Notes under the pieces: model-generated
What the model saw: only the letters and a program-made list of their open reading frames with translations
Databases searched by the model: none
Told to the model about the DNA's origin: nothing
Part shown: positions 37,688-50,545 of the stretch, piece after piece
Numbering within the stretch: the first letter of the stretch is position 1
Layout of the letters: each line of letters begins with the position of its first letter
From: Dipteris shenzhenensis
Lineage: Eukaryota
DNA: 64,000 nucleotides
Reading direction: 5' to 3' (one strand)
Assembly (NCBI GenBank): GCA_047967505.1
Contig: CM106538.1
Position numbers and translations under genes: made by a program

Positions 37688-38040
37688 GTACATGTAGTGT
37701 ACCATTGATCATTAAATTGATTGGCATGCCTGTATGACCTTTCTGTGTGTGTGTGGGAGAGAGATCCTTTTTTTTTTTTTTGTTATACATCCTTTGAGAG
37801 TGTGGAATGAAAGTGTGGGGTACAATTATTCATGCAATCATCTATGTGTCTAAGTGAAAGCGTGTGAGTGCGCGTGACCTAGTAGCTAAGTAGGGACTAA
37901 CTATATGCTTTTTTTGCTAGGATTTTCATAGGGCAGCTAGAACTCATCATCACTTCTGAGCTCTAGGTAAAATCGATTGAGGCTACCTATATGTGCGAAG
38001 ACGTACACATGCAAGTGAGTGCTCGTGATACAATCTAATC

Positions 38041-41000
38041 CTAACTAAGGAAGACTTGGTTTCCCAAATCTTCGTTTTTGTCGGGGATGGCTCGCGTGTT
38101 GATGTAGTAGCGCTTCAGTCGGCTCCCGTTTATTGTTGTGTTGAATTGGACTCCATCTAGTGTTTCAAGTAGCACAACTCTGATGGGATTCATCTTTCGT
38201 ACTCGGTAGGGTCCTTGACCTAGATACTTCAGTTTTTCCTTGTGTACTTTGGCATTGTATAACAGGACTAAGTCGCCTTCCTTGATGTCTTTAGCTTTCA
38301 GATTTCTGTCAAACCATGCCTTTCTTCTTGTCATGGCATGATAAGCGACTAGTCTTGTCTCTGTATGCTTTTCCAAGTGACAGAGCCTTTCTTTCAAGGA
38401 CTCATGATCACCCATGCGTTCCTGTACTACTGCGATGCGTAGACTTGGTATTACAAATTCGAGTGGGACCACGGCTTCAAGGCCGTACACCAATTGAAAA
38501 GGTGTGTTCCCTGTACTGACCTTGAATGTGGTTCTATATGCCCATAAGGCTGCATTCAGTTTCTCTGCCCAATCAGAACGCTGCGGTTCTACTACCTTGG
38601 TGAGGATATTGCATATGATTTTGTTTGTGGATTCTGCTAGTGCATTCCCTTGGGGGTAGTAGGGTGTGCTTTTTCTATGGATGACCATGTAGCCAGACAA
38701 GAGTTCTTGGATTACCTCATTGACAAAATGTGTGCCTCTATCCGACATAATTTCAATGGGGCATCCGAATCGGGTGATCACATGTTCGTATAAAAATCTT
38801 GATGTCCTTTTAGCATCAGCCTTTCTGACTGCTTTAGCTTCAGCCCATTTTGTAAAGTAATCAGTGGCCACAATGATGTAGCGTGCCTGTGTTCCTTTTG
38901 CTGCTGGATGTATGGGACCCACATAGTCAATCCCCCATTTTTCAAATGGTTGTTGTGCAATAACTGTTGTTAGGGGATTGAAGTCTTTGTGTTGTGGTTT
39001 AATAGTTCGTTGGCATACATCACAGCCTTTTACATATTCATAGGCATCTGCCCACAGTGTTGGCCACCAGTAGCCTGCGAGGAGAACTTTTCTTGCTGTG
39101 GCTTCCCCTTGGAAGTGGCCTCCTGCAATGCCTTCATGGACTTCACTCAGGATTGGCAGGATCTCATGAGGCATTACACATTTTCTTAATATCTAGTCCT
39201 TGCCCATCTTGTATAGTTGTCCTGCAATGAGTTGATAGGGTGTAGCCTTTAGAATCAATTTTCTGGCATCTACTGCTTTCATGTCAGGGGGTGGTCTTCC
39301 TGCCATCAAGTACCCAATGATATCTCCACACCATTCTGGAACAGCATCTATTTGAAATAGTGTGACATCTGGTAAGTCGTCTTCTACTCCAGTGGCTTCT
39401 TCTCCTGTCTTGACTCAAGACATGCGATCGGCAATGTAGTGTTGGGCACCTTTGCGGACCACGATTTTGAAGTTGAATTCTTGCAGCAAGGGGAGCCATC
39501 TGGTTATTCTTCCTGTGGTACACAGACGGTTCACAAGATAAAGCAATGCTTGATGATCGGTGTAGAAGACAAAATCATTTGCGAGTAGATAGTGCCAAAA
39601 TTTCTTTACACTATACACCATTGCTAGGGCTTCTCTTTCTGTGGTTGTATAGTTGATCTCTGCATCATTGAGTTGTCGACTGGCGAAGTAGACGGGGTAG
39701 TCTTTCTTATGTTCACCAGGTTGACAAAGCACACTCCCAATTGCATACTTGGATCCATCAGTATGAACATGAAAATCAATATCCCAATTTGGAGATATAA
39801 GGATGGGTGCTGTGATTAGATGCCACTTTAAAAGCTCAAAGGCTTGGTCGCACTCTTCGGTCCATAAGAACTCCACTAATAATTTATAAAGTGGTCTAGC
39901 TATCATGGCATACCGCAATATAAATCTTCTATAATAGTCGGCATGTCCCATAAAGACCTGTACACCTTTGGAATTTGTAGGAGGAGGCAATTCCATGATG
40001 ATTTTGATTTTGTCCATGTCAGTTGCAATCCCATGTTGAGAGACGATGTGTCCTAAAACAACTCCGTGGGTGACCATGAAATGGCATTTTGTTGGATTTA
40101 GGGAGATGCCATACTCCCTGCATTTGATTAGTACTTCTTCCAGACATTTGAAGTGGTCCTGTTTGGTTGAATGGATGCACAAATCATCCAAGAACACCTG
40201 TAAAAACTTATTAAAAAATGACTTGAAAGCTATGAACATGACTTGCTGGAATGTGGCTGGGGCATTACAAAGGCCGAATGGCATGACTCTATATGCAAAA
40301 ATACCCCATTCTGTAGCAAATGCTGTTTTTGATTGGTCCTGAGGAGCAATTTGCACTTGGTTATAGCCACTGAAGCCATCCAAGAAGCTATATATTTCAG
40401 ATCCTGCCACCTTTTCCAACACTGTTTCTGTTAAGGGTAGGGGGTAGTGATCCCTAATTGTGGCGGCATTCACATTTTTCAAGTTTACGCATATTCTGAG
40501 CTTCTTGTTGTGTTTAGGCACAATGACAATGGGTGAAACCCAATCAGTGTGTTCTATCTCGTAGATGAATCCGGCATCTAGGAGTTTTTCCAGCTCGTCA
40601 TAAACCATGGTGCCATATTTAGGATTTGTGCGATAAGGTCCACATACCTTAGGGCGAGCACCTTCCCTTATAGGTATCGTGTGCACTGCTACTTCTGGTG
40701 AAATTCCTTTCATCTCTTTGTATGACCATGCTAGGCAGTCACGGTATTCCATTAGGAGGTCTTTGAGTTTGATTTCATCTTCTTGATGGAGCTGCGAGGT
40801 TTATTGTGCGTGTTTTTGCCGGTCCCTCATAGATTGGAGTTTCTCCAATGCTATCGGTTTCTTGAACTTCAGATTCTCTGATTGGTCTTGGCATTGCTAT
40901 TGGTGCACTGCCACTTGTATAATTCTTAAAGTATTCCAGCACTTCTCGAAGATCGGCCTCTGATGGGGTTGAACTAGCCTGACATGTGTCATGTGTACTG

Positions 41001-44000
41001 GGTGGCATATTTGCATTTATTAATCGGTTAGGCTCTTCTGTTCTTTCTTTTTCTGAAGTCTCTTGATCGAGCTTCATCATCCGCACATGTGGCTTATATT
41101 TCCAAAACTTCTTACGTTGGGAACTGTGAGGTAACTTTTCCACTGGTAAGGTGTTTCCAAGTAAGGGTTCATGTGCTGCACATACTCCTTCCAGTCCCTC
41201 AGGGGACCATTCAAGAGGTGGTGGTTTTGATTTTGAGGGGACTGCCTTTGCAAGATACAATTCGACAATCCTTGTTTGGACTTTTTCAAATTCATTGAAG
41301 TGCTCGGCCTTGGCTTTTTTGCGATTTCCTCCTGCAGCTTTCTTGTGGGATCTTCTGCTGTTATGCAACTGTGGAGGTTCAACTTTTGGGAGCTCAACTG
41401 CCATTAGGGCATGGAGAATGGCTAGGTCATTATCAAATATTTGATCTTCAATTGCAGCATTCGCAGCCTCTGTTTCAAGGTCCCAAGGAAAATTTGAGTC
41501 ATCATTGGTATGGGTACCTTCTTCAAGTTCATTATCCCATTCGAGGTCAGCCATAAAGAATGGCATCTCTAGATCGATTGGTTCTTCATGTGTCGGTGGA
41601 GGATCGACCTGTAGTGCGTTAACATCTATCTGTGAGAAGATGGGGTCTAATGAATGGCAGTTGTCGATGGTTGCCAATGTTTGTATCCAGTTATTGACAT
41701 TGCTTTGTGAGTCACCTGCTATGGCATGATGTTGCAAGGGAGCTGATTTGCTCGAGATTGTCGTGGAAGATGTGTCATCCAATGCTCTAGGAACAATGGG
41801 TTTAATAGCTCCTGTCCCCACATTCACCCTGACTGCAGTGTCTCGATTCTGGATTGTCAATCTATCCGTTCCCCAGTCATGGAGTACTGATACTTCCCGT
41901 AACCAAGGACGTCCCAGTAAGATTTGATAGGATTTTTTGGGGAGATCCAAGATTGTGAATTGAAGGGAAAAGTGGACTCCTGCGATCTTTGTGGACACGC
42001 CCTTCACTATTCCCAAGGGTTTAGCCCGTGAATCATCGGCAAGGCGTATGTTGAAATTAGCCTTTTGCATTGGTGGGAGACCCCATTCTTCATAAAGCTC
42101 CTTTGATAGGACATTAACACCTACTCCACCATCCACTATGGCTTGGACTTCATTATATGCCTTGTGGATCAAAGGCATAGTGATATTGCGTATGTCATCT
42201 CTCTCACCCATCCGCACAGGGATATCTTCAATGTCGTTCATAGGTGGAGGAGGATTTGCGAGTTCAATCCATCCTTTGAAACTCTCCCAGAGATTGGGAC
42301 AATTCCGTAAGAGGATTCCGATGGGGATTGACACAGGACAACTCAGGATGCTAGAGAGTGCAGCTCCTTCAAGTTGACGTGGTGGTACATTCTGCTGTGG
42401 ATTCTGTTGTCGGAACAAAGGCTCGAGTACAGTATCAATACTTTGTGGGGCCAAGTCATGGATTGGGTCTTGAGCTTGTTTCTGAGCCTCAAATTGAGCT
42501 TGTTCATTTTGAACCCATTGCTGAAGTACCTGAAAACGAGCCTTCTCCACCTCTGCATTCGGGAATGGAGCTTCTTTTATTCGAGGCTCGGGAGTTGATG
42601 TGGATGAGCTCGGCTGCTCATTGCTCGGTGGAGGTGGAGGCACTTGTGCTTTCTTTTTCAGAAGTCGCTTTGGTTGGATTGGAATGATAGGGTCCTTCGT
42701 GGCCTCTTTCTGTTGGCGTGTAAGTACATTGATAGGTTGTGACCTTAGACTTGCCGGGACCCAGACTTTGATGGTCCACCCCAATGATGCCGATGGGGAT
42801 GTCAGGCTTAACCTTTGTTTGTTCTGGGACCTTATTTTTCATGGGACAATCCATACAGGCATGTCCTATGCCACAATCTCTGCAGAGTGGTTGGAAAGTG
42901 GCTGGGCTACCACGATGAGGGCACTCTGCGATCCTATGATTTTCTCCACAACCGTAACACTTGATTGGTGCTCGAAATGTGTTGGGTCGCACTTGATTTG
43001 CATAGACTGGTATTAGACCCTCTGCACCTTCTACATAGTACACTGGGTACTCTGCTTCATACTCAAATAGCGAGTCTACTTCCTCGGCTTGGAATTGATG
43101 TATGGGAACTGCCTGAGGAGCTGGATTTGGTGCTCTTGGATACGGTCGTGGATTCGGATTCCTGAGTAGTTGTGGGACTTGTGTCCGAATGGGAACAGGA
43201 TTTAGTCTCGGAGCTGGTGGTGCTTGTGCAAGTGCCGGTTGCCTGTATACTGGCATGGGGGCCGCTTGATATTGTGGTGGTCGAGGCAAATTGTTGCGCA
43301 TGTTGAAGATGCAACTGTTCTCATCATGGCCGCCGACGACGCAGATATGGCACCACAACCGTGGCAGTGGATTTGCTTGTGCAGTGATCCTTGCTCTTAG
43401 GACTGGGCATTCATTTGCTGTATGATTTGCCAAGCAGTGTGGGCACCAGACATTTTCTCGCCGTGGATATGTTTGAGTTGGCGGTTGAGACAAGTGGAGT
43501 TTTTGATCCATGGCTTGCATCATATCTTCTTTCAACTTCAAGGTCATGGCCTCTAGGCGATCTTCAGTGGATGTTTCAGCAGTGTCCTTTGATTTACCTT
43601 TTTTCAAGCGTTTATCTCATGTACTTGATCTGGCATCATCACTGCTAGTGTCTGAATCTGTCATCCCATCTTCGATGTCAATGGCTGCCGTGCATGAGCA
43701 GCACTGAATGTTTCATAGCTACTTATCTTTTTCATATCCTTGCGGATTTTCTTTCGTAGACCTGCTATGAACCATGCCGTGAGGTACTTTGCATCTGGGC
43801 GTGGGTCACATTTGGTGATCAATCTCTTCATCTTTCCCAGGTATGTGCGTACATCTTCCCTCCGGCCTTGTTCGATCTTGCTGAGTTGGAGAGCGGGATC
43901 ATCTTGTAGCCTCTCCGTTTGAAAGCGACGTTTGAATTCGGTTTGAAGTAGGTCCCATGTGGCAGTTCTTCCACGAGAAGGTCGAGGTACCATTCCGACG

Positions 44001-44247
44001 CCTCATCAGTTAAGGCCATTGGAAACCAAGCCACCTTGGTTTCATGGGATTGATCACCACCTGCTCGACATGCGGCATCAAAATGCTGGAGGAAGCGAGC
44101 TGGGTCTCCCCTACCATTATATTTGGGAAGTTCCAGTTTTCCCAAGGGGCGTCGGCCTTGATTGTTGTGATTTCATCGATTGAAGAAGTTGTCAGCCTCA
44201 GCATCGAGCTCGATATCCCCATCATGCTCATGACGACGTCCAGCCAT
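38041..44247 (-). pseudogene. Gypsy gag-pol (several frameshifts and stops)
   Basis: gag LPKYNGRGDP..EWY; protease AIVDGGVGVN; RT FLDGFSGYNQ, MPFGLCNAPATF, FLDDL; RNase H TDGSKYAIG, NYTTTERE; integrase H..GGH, CDVCQ, WGIDYVGP, SDRGTHF, GPY. Confidence 0.95.
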
Positions 44248-44829
44248 GTTGGGACGTGGAAGAGTTAAAGGGAGTTGTTGAATCTCAGGGGGGGATTCGG
44301 GGTAGAGGATTGGCGGGGGCGGTTGTTGCAGTGGAGTTAGTTGCGGATGGGGCGAGCGTTGGAGTCGAAGTCATTGGCCGGAATGTAACTGCATGCAGAT
44401 TGTGCATGATTTGCCAAGGGTGTCGCTACCCCAAGGGCGTTTGTGGAGGTGGTGTTGTTAGGAGAGTTAGAGTGGTGTTAGTGTCTCTAGGGACCATCGT
44501 GTTAATAATGTGCCTAAGATTGTCCCACGTGTGTAGGGAAATGTGCCGGTGCAGACGGATCGTTAATCGAAGGTCACGGCGTGAAAATATGAGTGAATTT
44601 GTGCAAAATGAGGCCCACACGGGGGCGCGAATGAACGTGTGCTAGGGATGCCGAAATGGTGTGCAATGGGCTGGAAAAATACCTTCTAATGTGGTGTTTC
44701 AAATCTGGGTTCAAACGGGGTTCAGTTTGGGTCCCAAACGGATGAGTTTCGAGGGGTTAAAGTAGGGGTAAATTTTGCATTGGGGGGTCCTAATGGTGGT
44801 GTGAATGGACTTTAAGTCCAACCGAGGGG

Positions 44830-46500
44830 TTGAAACCAAGTTGATCTAGTTAGATGAAGTTAAGTTAGATGCCTAATTAGTTAGGGTTAAACTGCTTACA
44901 GTTAGTTCAACTAACCTAGTTAGGGTAACTAACTCTCAGTTATACTAACTGAGCTAAGGTTAAAAGTAACCTAACGTAGGTTAATACTAACCTAACCTAG
45001 CTGAGTTAGACTAACTAGCCTAGGGTTAACCAACTAACCTAACCTAGGTTAACCAACTAACCTAACCGTAGTTAGTAGTAACTAACCAAAGGTTAGTTTA
45101 GGTTAGGGTTTTTTTTTTTTTTTTTTTTTTGGGCCTGGTTACTGGGGGGGCTGCCCGACGGCGGCGCCCGGGGGGGGGGGGGTTTCGCAAAGGGGGGGGG
45201 TTTGTGCAAGGGGGGGGGGTTGCGCGGGGGGTGGGGGGGGGTTCCCTAGGGGGGGTGTGCGCAGGGGCGGGGGGTGGGGGGTGCGCGGGGGCGGGGGGTG
45301 GCGGGGGGCTGGGGGGTGCACGGGATGGCGGGGGGTGGGGGGGTTGGAGAGAGGGGGCGGGGGGTGCGCGGGGCGGGGCAGGGCGGGCATGGCCGGGGGT
45401 ACGCGGGGCGGGGGTGGCACGGTCGGGGGTGCGCGGGGCGGGGCGGGGCGGGGGTGGCGCGGACGGGGGGCGCGCGGGGCGGCGGCACGAGGCGGGGCGG
45501 GGCGGGGCGGGGGTGGCGCGGGTGGGGGGGCGCGCGGGGCGACGGTGCGGGGCAGAGCGGGGCGCGGGGGTGCGTGGGGGCGGGGGGTGGCGGGGGGCTG
45601 GGGGTGTGCGGGACGGTGGCCTGGGGTGGGGGTGGGTCGCAGAGCCACCGCGGGGCGGCCGGCGGGGGTGGGGGGGGTTGGGTTGACAGGGGTAAGGGGG
45701 AGGGGGAGAGAGAGGGGGGTGGGGGGGGGGTGACCGGGGTAAGGGAGAGAGAGAGAGAAGGGGTGGGGGAGGGAATGAGGGGGAGAGAGGAGAGAGTGAG
45801 AGAGAGAGGGGGTGGGAGAGAGAACGAGGGGGAGAGAGGAGAGAGTGAGAGAAAGAGGGGGGGAAGGGGGAGAGAGGAGAGAGTGAGAGAAAGAGGGGGG
45901 GGAAGGGGGAGAGAGGAGAGAGAGAGGGGGGGAAAAAAGAGGAGAGAGAGGAGAGAGAGAGGGGAAAAGGGGGAGAGAGGAGAGAGAAAGGAGAGAGAGG
46001 GGGGGAAGGGGGAGAGAGGAGAGAGAAAAGAGAGAGAGGGGATGGGGGAGGGGAAGGGGGAGATGAAGGGGGAGGGGGAGGGGGAGGTGGAGATGGAGTG
46101 GGAGGGGGAGGGGGGAGGTGGTGGTGGAGGGGGAGGGGAAGAGGGGGAGGTGGAGATGGAGGGGGAGGGGGAGCAGGGAGGTGGGGGTGGAGGGGGAGGG
46201 GGAGAGGGGGATGTGGTGAAGATGGAGGGGGGAGAGGGAGGGGGAGGTGGAGATGGAGGGGGAGGGGGGAGGTGGAGGTGGAGATGGAGGGGGAGGGGGG
46301 AGGTGGAGGTGGAGGGGGAGGGGGGAGGGGGAGGTGGAGATGAAGGGGGAGGGGGGAGGTGGTGGTGGAGATGGAGGGGGAGGGGGGAGGGGGAGGTGGA
46401 GATGAAGGGGGAGGGGGGGAGGTGGTGGTGGAGATGGAGGAGGAGGGGGGAGGGGGGAGGGGGGAAGGTGGTGGAGATGGAGTGGGAGGGGGGAGGTGTA
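44830..46500. repeat. Low-complexity leader of the gypsy element: ctaac/gttag repeats, poly-T, then ~1.35 kb of G/GA-rich tract with ggaggtggagatggaggggg tandem units
   Basis: Direct inspection. Confidence 0.9.
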
Positions 46501-48997
46501 AAAAAGAGCAAAAAAAACATGAAAGACGGAAATCAAAAAGCAGGGAGAAGTGGTCACCTGAACGCTCTCCAAGTCTTTCTCGATGTAACGGGATTATTGC
46601 GGAACAATGGACGGTGGGTGGAAGGCTAGGTCATCGCTGCGAGAAGGGCTCGATGTCACTTACATGGCGAGGATAGGAGTAAGGGGGTGGTCGATGGAGA
46701 GGGAGGAGTGTCTTGCGTGGGGCTCGGAATGAGGAAGACAATGGAGGCAAAAAGTGAAAGATGAAGAATGAGGGGGGTGGAGTAGGTTTTTATAGGATTG
46801 GATTTTAGGTTGAGGGTTTAACCCTAAACTCTTCCCGAGCCATAACTCTTTATGGAGAGCTCGGTTTGCTTTTCTGTAAAAAGGTAAAATGATCGAAATT
46901 GAAAGCTCTAAGCATCCGTGTCCACTACCTAGCCTGATTGTATATGATGTGGCTTCTATTTAAGAAATTAAGAAAATTTCTTAAGGTAGTAACCCAAAGT
47001 GGATGTTTGGGGTTGATATGTTTGGCTAGAATTGCAAAATATTTTTACTCTCCTTGCCCTTGAGTGTTATGTTCGTGAAAGTTTGAAGTAGTGACTTGTT
47101 TTACACATACCTACGTATGTTTACTCACTACTTAAGACGTTAGTCTCCCCGGCAACGGCGCCAAATGTTGGCTCTTTCCTACTGCTTTCGTAGGAAGAGC
47201 TGGGTATTCTATGTTGCAGGGTTCCGAGGCTTTTTGTCACCTACAGATATATTGGGATTGTCGGTAGAGACGTAGGCTTAAGTGTGGTAAGCAAACAAAG
47301 TGCAAGCATGTGTAAAAGGCACGTAAACCATCGTTGTTGGGGTAATGAAGGCTTTCGCCTTCATTGGGGGTTGTAGGGTTTAGGAGGAGTTTAAGGGTTC
47401 AAAAGGAGGTTCCAGGGTTTAGAAAGAGTTCAAGGGTTTAGAAAGAGTTCTAGGGTTCAGAAGGAGGTTCCAGGGTTTAGAAGGAGGTTCCAAGGTTCAG
47501 AAGGAGTCCAGGGTTAGAAGGAGGATCCAAGGTTCAGAGTAGAGTACATGGTGGAGAACTCGTCTCCCTCGTAGATCATGGAGTTTAAGGGTTTAGGAAA
47601 GCATAGGAGTGGGAGAGGAAGAAGGTGTAAGAGCATGGGTGAAAGAAGAGAGAGGAGGAAGGAGGAGGAGGGAAGAGGAGGAGGGAGGGGGAGGAGGTAG
47701 GAGGAGGGGGAGGAGGGAGGAGGAGGAGGAGGAGGAGGGGGGAGGAGGAGGAGAAGGAGGAAGGAGAAGGAGGGAGGAGGAGAGGGAGAGGGTGGGTTGC
47801 AGGGTTGGAGGAGAGGGGAGAAGGGTTGCAAGGTTAGGACATGCTTTTGGATGTGCAGTGCAAGGAAGCATGGACACTTGAGACAAATGCTTGGAATACC
47901 AAAGTAGACTCAACACAATGCCCCAAAGAGTGTGGGCTTCATTCCATTATGGGGTATTTATACAAGTTGGAGAGCTTCTCTCTCTGCATATAACACAAAG
48001 TTGTTACACAAAGCTGTAACACAAAGTTGTGTCACAAAGTCGTAACACATTCTCTCTCTTCATGTAGACAAACTCGTAACACAAAGTTGTGTCTAGAAGT
48101 TGTAACACAAAGTTGTAACACAAAGTTGTATCACAAAGTTGTATCACAAAGTTGTAACACAAAGTTGTAACACAAAGTTGTAACACAAAGTTGTATCACA
48201 AAGTTGTATCACAAAGTTGTAACACCTTCTCTTTCTTCATAAGTTCATGTTGGCACAGAGTCAACAAAGATTCTAGCAGAAGTATTTGAAAGATTGGGGA
48301 ACATTACACCCGTCACATTTTTTATTATGTGGCAAATGTTTTTAATTGCCTACTTGCTACTAGTACCCTATCCTATCCCTAATCACCATCGGCTTATTTC
48401 TTCTAGCTTTTACAAGTTGTGTGGCTTCTTTGGAGGCGATCTTAATGGTACTTCTTAGTTATATGCTTTCATTATTCTACAATAAATTGTAGCATCCTTC
48501 TTGCACTATTTCTAGCAGTGTCAAATAATTTTTAATATAACCATTGGTAAAAGCACAACTTGTGGTCATGGATTTTACTGGTTTGTTCTTTATTATTCTA
48601 GCAATTGCCATGTGGTTTTCTTACAATGATTCAACTTGTGATGTTGTTAAATGATCATTCACATTTGTGGAGGTTACATGGTCCTTTGCAATGCCTTAAG
48701 TCTTTCTTTCACACCCTTGCATTTAACAAAAGGAGGTATTTTCTTTATGGCATCCTTTCCCACTCAACAAGCCCTATTAAATCATACCAAAAGTTTTAAA
48801 CATTATCTTTGTTTATGTCTAAAGAGGAGAGGCATTGTTGTTCAATGTCTATGATTCCTTATCTTATTGTGTTTGTCCTAATCTAGAGTCACTCTATTGG
48901 CTTAGGCATGTTCAAGATACCTATAACAATCCTTTGCATGATCTTCCAGTTTCACCCCAGTCTATTCCTCAATATGCTTGTCTCTAAAATGGCCTTT

Positions 48998-49997
48998 TTG
49001 TTTTTGCAGTGGGACCCTAGGGAATGGGAATGGATAGATGAAGGGCACCGAGAGAAGGGCATCCCCTTCTTTTGTTACACGGTCAGTAATGCCAAGAAAT
49101 TCTAGCTCAGTTGTAGGGGTTGGAGGCCCACTAGAGCTCATCATTGGGAGAACTTTCAGATTCCTGCTGACTTGTAGAAATTTTTTTGGCAGAGAATCTA
49201 GAAATCCCACCGGAATAGAAAATTCACTCTCTTCTTTTGGCTTTCTATTCATGGTGGGATAGCAGTAAACCATTGGAGATCCAAGTTTGGAGCTGACCCT
49301 TCTTGCCCTCGCTGCCTTTCTACTTTGGAGACAATACAGCACTACCTTTGGGATTGCAGACAGGCGAGAATCATATGGAAGGGGATTGCAAGAACTTTTC
49401 AGCACTTTTGTTCGCCTACCTTTATATATGACCTGGGGATCAGTGGCTTGGCTTACTCTTTCAGGGCCCCATGTATTTTTTGAGAGACTTGATTCCTCTT
49501 GGGCTCTTCACATCCAATGACACCTTGTGGAGTCGTGCTCTCTAGAGGATGTTCCGGCCGCTCTTTTCAGGGCTGCTCACTCCTCGGTCGGACTCTCCAT
49601 GGGAGATCCTAGCTAGCATTGCAGCATGGCACATTTGGAGAGCCAGATGCACTGAGGCTTTAGAGGGTTCTTAGGTTCACCCTTCTCAGATCTTTGCCAG
49701 TACTTGGACAGATATGATACACACTCTGATGGCCATTTGGGTGACCATGTAGGGATCATCTCGAGTAGCCTTCTCCAGGAGAGTTACTTTTCTCAGAGAT
49801 TGGAGAGACTCTCCCTTCTTTGCTGAGACTTCTACAAGGTTGAGATGGCATTTTCAGCCTCAGCCTTGGTTTCTTTCTACCTCATTCCTCTAAGGTGTTT
49901 TTTATTACATGCTTAGCATGGTGTATTTTCGCACAGAACTTGCTCTAGTGGGTTTCTTTCTTACTTAATAGAAGTCTCTTTTTTGAAAAAAAAAAAA
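48998..49997 (+). mobile_element. 5'-truncated L1-type LINE 3' end (zf-RVT region) with poly(A) tail
   Basis: FFWQRI*K...FFWLSIHGGI...CPRC...ETIQHYLWDCRQARIIW; A12 at 49986-49997; candidate TSD GGCCTTT at 48991-48997 and 49998-50004. Confidence 0.82.
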
Positions 49998-50545
49998 GGC
50001 CTTTCCATGTGCGAATTCAAGCTTTGTGTGAATATTTAGAATTTTATCCTTGAGTTGCTCTCACAAACATTTGCTATTGAAGCACCTTGTACAAGAGCAC
50101 AACATATGAGGCAAATTTAACACAATGGTTGAGAGGAAAATATGTAGAACCTAGCAAATAGATACCACAATAGGTGTTATGGACCCCTCACCATGGCATG
50201 AAGCCATCCATGAAGCTTGGTGTACCCTTACAGTCTCTAAAGGAATTGCATGGAATGAGAAGTATGAATTGTTTCAAAATATTTGGGTTCAGTGACATGG
50301 TTAGGTCCGTTTGGGAAAAATGAGAGTTGATTTTTTTAATATAATCTATCCCCATAACTTTGTGATGCGTTTTGTAAAGTTCCACATAAGCTATTATTCT
50401 CAATGCTTTTAAAAGTGATAAATAAAACATTCTATACATTTAATTTTTTATGTTTATGCTTTGAAAGGGCATGAAATTATTTACTTGAATTTTTATCTAG
50501 CAAGTACTAAGTTTAATTCTAATGTGTTCATGGTTTTAAAATGGT

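Larger units (their letters stand above)
32546..48266 (-). mobile_element. Complete Ty3/gypsy non-chromovirus (Athila-like) LTR retrotransposon, 15.7 kb, with extra 3' ORF
   Basis: LTRs 47166-48266 and 32546-33650 (TGTTG..CAACA), TSD AAGAT 32541-32545 and 48267-48271, PBS TGGCGCCGTTGCCGGGGA (tRNA-Asp type) 47146-47163; order gag-PR-RT-RH-INT; PPT weak. Confidence 0.97.

Noticed and set aside
45129-46676. Long Pro-rich and Gly-rich ORFs (extensin-like) on both strands
   Set aside because: Produced by a stop-poor G-rich low-complexity tract open in many frames; no evidence of coding
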